A stretch of 12,962 nt of DNA from a bacterium (GTDB taxonomy: Bacteria > UBA10199 > 2-02-FULL-44-16 > DYJF01), in NCBI GenBank assembly GCA_041739675.1, contig JBGSNL010000040.1:1-12962 (forward strand), in the 5' to 3' direction. Each line of letters opens with the position of its first letter. Position 1 is the first letter of the stretch. Of this stretch, positions 6,735 through 12,962 are shown in pieces. A program made the translations under genes and the position numbers. The notes beneath the pieces were generated by a model. That model searched no databases. It saw only the letters and a list, made by a program, of their open reading frames with translations, and had not been told where the DNA came from.

Positions 6735-9700
6735 ATGAAAAAGGCAATATTTATCCTCATTGCGGCATTTGCGCTCAGCGCATGCTTCATCGCGGCACCG
6801 GCGATGGCCATGGATGAGTGGAATCTTCCGCCTGTGCCGGTGGGATCATCCCCAAATCAGGTGGGAGGTCCTGGTTGGCCGTTCGTTTCGGATAAGCTGG
6901 CTACTGTTTTGAGAGCCGATGCGACAAACATCGGATTTTTCACACATCCCGCAGGCGCCGGCCCCGACTTCATAGGCGACACATTAGATGTGACGCTTCC
7001 GGACGGTACAACAATTACGATCACCATTGATGATATTATTGCGACGCCTGGACTTGAGCCTGAAAGAAGAATTGTCGTTTCCCCCACTGAAGAAGTTGCA
7101 AAAATGTTGGATACCGTTCTCGATGAATCAGTTTCGCGCGCAATGAGTCCAGCGCACGGCTTTTGCCCTGAGCATCTGAAATTCAAAAGACCTGGCGGGA
7201 CAAGCGTTGAATGGGCCTTTGAGTGCGATCTCTTTAGGCAGCCAAGGGGACTTGTCGAGGTGTACGATATGACGGATCGCCAAATCGTTGTGGGTGATGT
7301 GAAAAAAGACACGGGCGGCGAATTTGCGGCGCTCTTTACAGGAACCGGCGCCGATCCTCTTCTCAACGGCGTTTTAGGCACAGGGGACGCGAGAGTCCTT
7401 CCATATACGGTGAACACTCACCCGGCAACAGTCAAGGCAAACTACAATTTCGCATGGATGTGGAAGGGCATACCGGCTGCTCCATTCCCAAATCCGGAAA
7501 ATGTGGACGATCCTTACACAAGTGTCATCTCATACGGAATGGCCGATCTTCCAGATACAGCCGATGGCAAACCTCAAGGGGTTGTCACGGCAGCTTATGA
7601 CACATTCAATGTTTTGAAGTATGTGAAAATCACGAGGACAAAACCCACACCAGAAATAACAATAAAAGATAATTATGACATGTCAGTTCCAGCGGATGCC
7701 CTTGTGTATAAGGCTTTTTTCAATACCCACATCTCTCCGCTCATTTCATGGCGAAAATCGGCGGAGGACGGCACAGTCAAGTTGGCCGGTTATTCCACGT
7801 GGCAGCTTGGAAGCGATGAATATGATTTGAGTGACTGGACTCCGGGCTGTCTAAAAACAAGACCGATTTCTTGCCGCTCATTTGCCATGAGCTTTTTGAA
7901 ACTTGTGTGGAAGCAATTCATGGCGCTCGATTTAAACCCAATTGATGTAGTAACGCTGCAAAGCGGCGGAAAAACGCTTGTGGCGGTTGTCAGTCAGTCG
8001 CCGTACGGCGGTATGGATGAATGCATCAGGGGGCCGCTGGGCATTTGCGCTGGCCTTGCAGGCGGGCCTCACGACTTGCGCGATGCGCTCGCAGTGGGGC
8101 CGTCACATGCGCCCTTCAGTATGCCGCACAACGCCTTTTCCAAAGTGACTTTCTGGGAGCTCAAAGAACCATGGACAGGTGCTAAAAACCCGAACGCCAT
8201 CTTCGAACCGGTGAGCTTTGCGTTCATCGGGGCGAATGCGGTCGATGCGGACGTGCTTGTGGACGGAACAAAGCAGTATCTTGTAGTCACAACACGGGAG
8301 CCGATGGGAGATACGAGTGCCGGCGGACCTGGTCCGAAATACTACATCTACAAGATAGACCCCGAGCAACCAAACCCCGCAACGGCTGTGTATGCCAAGA
8401 ACTTTGCAACGCCTCCCTCTTTCATTCAAATACCCAATGCCATCGCCGCGGAATATTTTGAGGCGACACCGCCAAAGGGTTTTGTGCCGCACGGCATATC
8501 GACCGCTGATCTTGATGGAAACGGTTGTGCGGAAGCCATTGTCACATTCAGCGGCCGTGGTATAAAGCCGGTCGCTCCGCCTCCGTTCCAGAACCACGAC
8601 GGAGAAACCGTCTACTATTATAACGATACTCTCCCGTCTCCCTTGCAGATCTTTTCGCCCACCTTCATAGTTTATCCTGCCCGGCTTGACGGCTCGACAT
8701 GTAAGTTTGATACAGCCGCCAGAAAGAGTTTCTCGGCTCCCTTGGATAGTCCAAACAGGCAAATCACCACAGCGATTGCAGCCGAATTGAACGGCGACGG
8801 CAAGCTGGATATTCTGGCTGGTGATCTCTTGCCAAAGCAGATCCCCGGGGAGGCAAAGTATGCGGCATACGCGCTAGCATTCTATGACCCCATGGATGCT
8901 GTGACGGGAACGCTTGTCGACCGCTACGTGCGCGCCGGATTCCAGACAACCCAAGTGGATCCAAGAGCAGCCGCGGAAGGAGAGTACCTCCTCAAAGTGG
9001 CGCAGTCGGATGCCGAACGCATTGCCGGTGTTTCAAAACTTTCCAGTTCACATGGAAATATTGTTGCGGCCAACGGACTGCCCTTGATGCTCCCGATGTT
9101 CGGCTGTCCGACAAGAGCCAACGCCGACATCGAGTCCATATTTGAGTTTTACCGCTCGCTGGCGTTTAACAGAAGGGCTCATTACGCCGGCATCGAAAGC
9201 ATGGGAATGGACAGCAGCGGTCAAATTGCGCCAATGCGCTGCGCAGTGATGCCGGCAGGGCTTGCTTGTGCCGATGTCGTTCCTCCTGCTCTTCAGGATT
9301 GCTGCTGCGGAAAAATTTGCGCTCCCTTCTGTGAAAGCTCGGTTGCGATATGCAATGAGTATCGCTTGCTGTACCCCGATATCGTAACGGGCGGTGGTTA
9401 CGCGGATTTTATGGATGATGGCGAATGCAATCACTCCTCCGCACTTTCCGGATCCGATAAGAACCTCTTTGCCGAAGGGCCTCGCGGCGACGGCGGGGGC
9501 TCGGACGGCGGCGGAGGAAGCGACTTTGCCGACAGAGCCGACCGTGTCTATGACACTAAGGCCCCATACATAGCGTCAATAGGTCAGTTAAAGTGCGCTC
9601 AGACGGAGGAAAATCAAAATATCGCCAATCAAAATAACCAGAAAATGACTAACGCGGCTCGTTTGCCAACTCCCTATCTCACGAATGAGGAGACCGAGGC

Positions 9701-11141
9701 GTTGACGCAGTTACTTCTCGGTTTGGTTGATGACGAGGAAATCGTGACGGCACTCATCGACGGCTTCAATTCGATTTCACCAACGTCGGTTGAGGGACAA
9801 TTTGTTCTCCCCATGATCTACATATTGGAAAGCCTCACGTACACGCCTATCGTTAAGCCTTCTTCAGAGGTCAGATCACCTAGCCAACCCACTTCCTGGC
9901 TCTTTAAGACAATTGAAAAAATTGAAAGCCTGGGCATCGTAAGTGAGGCACATGCCGGCGGAATTGGAGCGGTTTACCGATTCCCCCGCGGGCAGGTTAT
10001 GCCCGGAAAACGGGAAATAGATCTGATTTTGAACGCGACGCCTATACCGCCTGTTACTGAAATCACCGAAGGCGCAGCAGACACAAAGGTTATCACCGTG
10101 AAATGCATGGGCGACATGGATGATTCTATTAAGGCCCACTTCAAGAAATTCAACGAGCAGATGTGCAGCATGGTACCCGGTCTCACGAACGCCAACGGCG
10201 AGTGCAACGACTCTCTGTGTCTGGCGGAGCTGGGCTACATGCACGTCGAGATCAACTCCCCCGGCGGTGCGGCTCCGAGCACGCCGGCAGCCGATCTTAA
10301 CTCGTTGTCTCTGTCCGCCGACATGACCGGCAACATTGGACAAGCAGCGTTCGCCCAATATGCCGGTATGAAGCCCTTCGACTTCACAACGCGCGAGATG
10401 CTGCCTTTGAAGGTCGATAACGTAACCACGACGATGCTGCTTCTGCCCGCCGCGGCGACTGCCGGCGGAAGGGCGATCACTGTTTCGCCCGACCTTATGA
10501 CTTCCGCCTCGGCCATTGAGCCCGCGCTACTCACGAACTATATGGAAGCGAGCGCGGATCCATCCCTTGGAACTCCAAGTGTCAGCGTGCTTCCGGCTGA
10601 GAACAAGTTCACGTTCAACAACGTCATATCATGGCAGACGAAAGCCGCTGAAGTTTCCGATGTCGCCAAGGCTGCGGGCGTCTTGGGAACAGCCGTCAAC
10701 GTCTTCGATATAAGATTGCAGCCCCTCCTGTGCTCTTTCACGGCGGTCTGCGAAGACTCGGACGCGCAGAAGGATGAAAACCAGTACGGAAAACTCTCGC
10801 GTGAGGGAATCTTGAAGAAAGCACAGGAGAACGCGGCGATGTGCCATGACGGCGTGTGCCAGGCCGACTTCTACAGAGCTATCGGCATCCCTCCGTATCA
10901 GAGTGACGGCTTCGTGCTGATGCAGGGCAAAGTTGCCAAAACAGGTATGGCGATGGAACCGCCCGATGTCGTGGCTTTCGGTTTCGGCGGAATCAACGTC
11001 ATGGCGGCGCAGGGCGGCGGATGCGGATGCAATGTGTCAGCGCTCCCGCCCAACATGATGTCGGTCATCGCGATGATACTTGTTGCATCTCTGGCGACGA
11101 CGGGATTCATTGTCGTGAGAGTGAGAGCGAGAAGAAAGTGA
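6735..11141 (+). CDS. large secreted/cell-surface protein (~1468 aa) with FG-GAP-like motifs, a Cys-rich block and a MYXO-CTERM-like C-terminal sorting signal
   Basis: Start reassigned from 6660 to ATG 6735 (RBS, signal peptide MKKAIFILIAAFALSACFIAAPAMA). Contains ADLDGNGCAEAIV (8505-8543) and AELNGDGKLDILAG (8781-8822), 9 Cys in 63 aa (9240-9428), a Gly/Asp linker, and the tail GGGCGC + hydrophobic helix + RVRARRK (11013-11138). Function is not recognisable. Confidence 0.85.
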   Translation: MKKAIFILIAAFALSACFIAAPAMAMDEWNLPPVPVGSSPNQVGGPGWPFVSDKLATVLRADATNIGFFTHPAGAGPDFIGDTLDVTLPDGTTITITIDDIIATPGLEPERRIVVSPTEEVAKMLDTVLDESVSRAMSPAHGFCPEHLKFKRPGGTSVEWAFECDLFRQPRGLVEVYDMTDRQIVVGDVKKDTGGEFAALFTGTGADPLLNGVLGTGDARVLPYTVNTHPATVKANYNFAWMWKGIPAAPFPNPENVDDPYTSVISYGMADLPDTADGKPQGVVTAAYDTFNVLKYVKITRTKPTPEITIKDNYDMSVPADALVYKAFFNTHISPLISWRKSAEDGTVKLAGYSTWQLGSDEYDLSDWTPGCLKTRPISCRSFAMSFLKLVWKQFMALDLNPIDVVTLQSGGKTLVAVVSQSPYGGMDECIRGPLGICAGLAGGPHDLRDALAVGPSHAPFSMPHNAFSKVTFWELKEPWTGAKNPNAIFEPVSFAFIGANAVDADVLVDGTKQYLVVTTREPMGDTSAGGPGPKYYIYKIDPEQPNPATAVYAKNFATPPSFIQIPNAIAAEYFEATPPKGFVPHGISTADLDGNGCAEAIVTFSGRGIKPVAPPPFQNHDGETVYYYNDTLPSPLQIFSPTFIVYPARLDGSTCKFDTAARKSFSAPLDSPNRQITTAIAAELNGDGKLDILAGDLLPKQIPGEAKYAAYALAFYDPMDAVTGTLVDRYVRAGFQTTQVDPRAAAEGEYLLKVAQSDAERIAGVSKLSSSHGNIVAANGLPLMLPMFGCPTRANADIESIFEFYRSLAFNRRAHYAGIESMGMDSSGQIAPMRCAVMPAGLACADVVPPALQDCCCGKICAPFCESSVAICNEYRLLYPDIVTGGGYADFMDDGECNHSSALSGSDKNLFAEGPRGDGGGSDGGGGSDFADRADRVYDTKAPYIASIGQLKCAQTEENQNIANQNNQKMTNAARLPTPYLTNEETEALTQLLLGLVDDEEIVTALIDGFNSISPTSVEGQFVLPMIYILESLTYTPIVKPSSEVRSPSQPTSWLFKTIEKIESLGIVSEAHAGGIGAVYRFPRGQVMPGKREIDLILNATPIPPVTEITEGAADTKVITVKCMGDMDDSIKAHFKKFNEQMCSMVPGLTNANGECNDSLCLAELGYMHVEINSPGGAAPSTPAADLNSLSLSADMTGNIGQAAFAQYAGMKPFDFTTREMLPLKVDNVTTTMLLLPAAATAGGRAITVSPDLMTSASAIEPALLTNYMEASADPSLGTPSVSVLPAENKFTFNNVISWQTKAAEVSDVAKAAGVLGTAVNVFDIRLQPLLCSFTAVCEDSDAQKDENQYGKLSREGILKKAQENAAMCHDGVCQADFYRAIGIPPYQSDGFVLMQGKVAKTGMAMEPPDVVAFGFGGINVMAAQGGGCGCNVSALPPNMMSVIAMILVASLATTGFIVVRVRARRK

Positions 11142-11172
11142 ATAGTGATCGGTAATCAGTGATCAGTAAAAG
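11138..11172 (+). repeat. degenerate heptamer tandem repeat (consensus GTRATCA)
   Basis: gtgaata gtgatcg gtaatca gtgatca gtaaaag, running from the stop codon into the terminator. Confidence 0.65.
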
Positions 11173-11198
11173 CCCCCGCGAAATGCGGGGGCTTTTTT
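11168..11198 (+). terminator. intrinsic terminator, potentially bidirectional
   Basis: AAAAGCCCCCGC-GAAAT-GCGGGGGCTTTT(TT): perfect 12-bp inverted repeat with a T6 tail on + and T4 on -. Confidence 0.9.
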
Positions 11199-11219
11199 GC
11201 GACCGCGGAGAGATACCAG

Positions 11220-11393
11220 AAAAGTGCAAGCGAAAGACTTAGGGGGCTGGTTTTGGAAAAGCGTCTCGGAGGCGATTTTAACAGCCGGGATGTGATTAAC
11301 AAAATCGCCGAGAGACGAGCGGCCGTTTTGGGTGGCCCGAAACGGACCGCGTCTTTTCCAAAAACAGTCCCTAAGTCTTTCACACGCACTTTT
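11220..11393. other. unassigned Y-shaped structured element (candidate ncRNA or palindromic DNA element)
   Basis: Nested inverted repeats 11220-27/11386-93, 11232-44/11369-81 and 11251-61/11353-63 enclose two hairpins, 11262-11317 and 11319-11350. The pairing is read directly; identity and strand are unknown. Confidence 0.7.
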
Positions 11394-11396
11394 GTT

Positions 11397-11424
11397 TTGA
11401 CTTTCCGCAATTTATCGCTAAAAT
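11397..11424 (+). promoter_or_regulatory. putative sigma70 promoter for the OmpA-family gene
   Basis: TTGACT (11397-11402), 16-nt spacer, TAAAAT (11419-11424); RBS GGAGG at 11456-11460 precedes ATG 11469. Confidence 0.55.
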
Positions 11425-11468
11425 GCCCAAAAGAGTAATCCTTTCAACTATTTGGGGAGGGTGGGGAT

Positions 11469-12773
11469 ATGAAAAAAGCTAGAATGCTTATCATTGCTGC
11501 ATTTGCCGTCCTCATGGCAATGCCCGCAATGGCAAAACCCAAGACCGCCGATGTCGTGAATTTCAATCCCACATCGGACGGCGGCAAGTATATCACGCTT
11601 CATCAATCAAAAAGTTTGCACCAGTGGGGATTCAACGTCGGAATGTACACGGATTATGCGTATCATCCTTTGGAATACGCCGATCCTTCCGGCAACCGCC
11701 GCCGCGGAATCGTTGACAGTCTGCTCATGAGCCATTTCGACGCGGCAATCGGCTTCTTCGATTTCTGGTCTATGGGCATTGATATGCCTATGGCATGGTG
11801 GGAGGTCTTCTATAATCCCGCACTCAGCGCCGCGGCCGTCCAGAAGGAAAACGTGAAGATGAAAATGGGCGACCTGCGCGTCGAAATGAAATTCAAGTTC
11901 TTGGACATCGACAAATATCACTTTGGTCTCGCACTTGTTCCGTTCGTCTATATACCCACGGGTTCTTCCAGCTATTTTCTGGGCAACGGCATGTGGTCCC
12001 CGGGCGGAAAACTCGTAGTTGATGGCGATATCAAGAACCGCGTCTTCTTGTCCTTCAATGCCGGCTATCGCGCCTATGACAGAACCCAGTACGATCCCAA
12101 CACAACCGACGCAACGATCAACGACACAATAGAGCTGGGCCTGGGCGTAAACGTCCGCATCAACGATTCATGGGCGGTACTTGGCGAAGTTTATTCCGAA
12201 AGCGTTCTGTCGGCTTTCTTCAAGAACCAGCTTCAGAACCCCGCGGAGTTCACAGTGGCGGGGCGATGGACGCCGCAATCGAAGGCAAAAGGACTTGGCG
12301 TAACGTTAGGCGGAGGCAGGGGTCTGGATACCGGCATCGGTTCGCCGGACTTCCGCGTATTCGCGGGCATCAATTATCGTCCACCCAAGAAACCTCCGGC
12401 ACCTGTGCCGGTTGAGGTTGTGGCCGAGGAAAAGATCGTCATCACGCAGAAGATCCATTTCGAGTTCAACAAGTCTACGATCAGATCTATCTCATATCCG
12501 ATACTGGACGACGTCGCCTATCTGCTCCAGATCAACCCGCAGATCAGAAGGGTGAGGGTGGAAGGGCATACGGATTGGATCGGCTCCGATGCGTATAACC
12601 AGAAACTTTCCGAGCGCAGGGCAGCTTCCGTGCGCGATTACCTGATAGGCAAGGGCATTGCGTCAGACAGGCTCATCGCCATAGGCTACGGCGAAGCAAG
12701 GCCCATCGCGGACAACAACACAACGCAGGGCCGCGCAAGGAACCGCCGCACAGAATTCACAGTGCTTGAATAG
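11469..12773 (+). CDS. OmpA-family outer membrane protein: signal peptide, large predicted beta-barrel, Pro-rich linker, C-terminal OmpA/MotB peptidoglycan-binding domain
   Basis: Signal MKKARMLIIAAFAVLMAMPAMA; alternating amphipathic strands ending DFRVFAGINY; linker RPPKKPPAPVP; IHFEFNKS, VEGHTD, YNQKLSERRA, GYGEARP and GRARNRRTEF motifs. Confidence 0.93.
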   Translation: MKKARMLIIAAFAVLMAMPAMAKPKTADVVNFNPTSDGGKYITLHQSKSLHQWGFNVGMYTDYAYHPLEYADPSGNRRRGIVDSLLMSHFDAAIGFFDFWSMGIDMPMAWWEVFYNPALSAAAVQKENVKMKMGDLRVEMKFKFLDIDKYHFGLALVPFVYIPTGSSSYFLGNGMWSPGGKLVVDGDIKNRVFLSFNAGYRAYDRTQYDPNTTDATINDTIELGLGVNVRINDSWAVLGEVYSESVLSAFFKNQLQNPAEFTVAGRWTPQSKAKGLGVTLGGGRGLDTGIGSPDFRVFAGINYRPPKKPPAPVPVEVVAEEKIVITQKIHFEFNKSTIRSISYPILDDVAYLLQINPQIRRVRVEGHTDWIGSDAYNQKLSERRAASVRDYLIGKGIASDRLIAIGYGEARPIADNNTTQGRARNRRTEFTVLE

Positions 12774-12801
12774 TTGCTTGCACAATTTGAGCTAAAAGTA
12801 T

Positions 12802-12833
12802 AAAAATCCGGGGTTAATAACCCCGGATTTTTT
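12802..12833 (+). terminator. intrinsic terminator-like hairpin, potentially bidirectional
   Basis: AAAAATCCGGGGTT-AAT-AACCCCGGATTTTT(T): perfect 14-bp inverted repeat starting 29 nt after the ompA stop. Confidence 0.8.
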
Positions 12834-12962
12834 ATGCCATATCACATTCTGGTCGTGGACGATGACAGGGACTTCAGGAGCGAGATCAAAGACGCCCTTG
12901 AAGATTATGACGTGATGGAAGCGGGCGACGCTCAGACCGCGCTCGACATCCTAAAGAAACCC
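12834..12962 (+). CDS. response regulator, N-terminal receiver domain (3'-truncated by window edge)
   Basis: Not in the ORF track; manual translation gives MPYHILVVDDDRDFRSEIKDALEDYDVMEAGDAQTALDILKKP, with the receiver-domain ILVVDDD acidic pocket. Confidence 0.88.
   Translation, partial: MPYHILVVDDDRDFRSEIKDALEDYDVMEAGDAQTALDILKKP

Noticed and set aside
6857..11110. Antisense and alternative-frame ORFs within the giant gene (e.g. 6857-7417, 8103-8762, 9876-10358)
   Set aside because: No protein-family signal; explained as shadows of the long ORF.
11220..11393. 6S RNA, SRP RNA or retron msr-msd as the identity of the Y-shaped element
   Set aside because: The size fits 6S but there is no open central bubble and no zapA/ygfA context; no SRP helix-8 motif is visible; no reverse transcriptase lies in the window. 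An Rfam search is needed to exclude these fully.
11156..11438. ORFs 11156-11410 (-) and 11253-11438 (+)
   Set aside because: They run through the terminator, palindrome or promoter, lack a convincing RBS and look non-protein-like; base-pairing explains the sequence better.
1..12962. CRISPR array, tRNA/rRNA, transposase, integrase or phage genes
   Set aside because: No repeat-spacer periodicity, cloverleaf or such protein motifs were seen.

Overview
Bacterial genomic window, probably from a deltaproteobacterial-type lineage (Myxococcota/Desulfobacterota-like, inferred from gene order and a MYXO-CTERM-type tail). All credible genes are on the + strand. Bases 1-6484 are a tightly packed housekeeping cluster: glmM (3' part), pdxJ, acpS, nnr (YjeF), tsaE, a stand-alone dihydrolipoamide dehydrogenase, aspartokinase lysC and a small ComEA-like HhH protein. 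lysC carries an in-frame 7-nt tandem repeat and a likely internal beta-subunit start. The right half is an accessory cell-surface locus. A near-consensus sigma54 promoter precedes a ~1468-aa secreted protein with FG-GAP-like loops, a Cys-rich block and a MYXO-CTERM-like sorting tail. After it come degenerate heptamer repeats, a terminator, and an unexplained ~174-nt Y-shaped (three-way-junction) palindromic element. Next is a beta-barrel+OmpA protein of TraB-like architecture, a second terminator, and the start of a response regulator. The best candidates for something new are the Y-shaped element and the TraA/TraB-like surface-protein pair.
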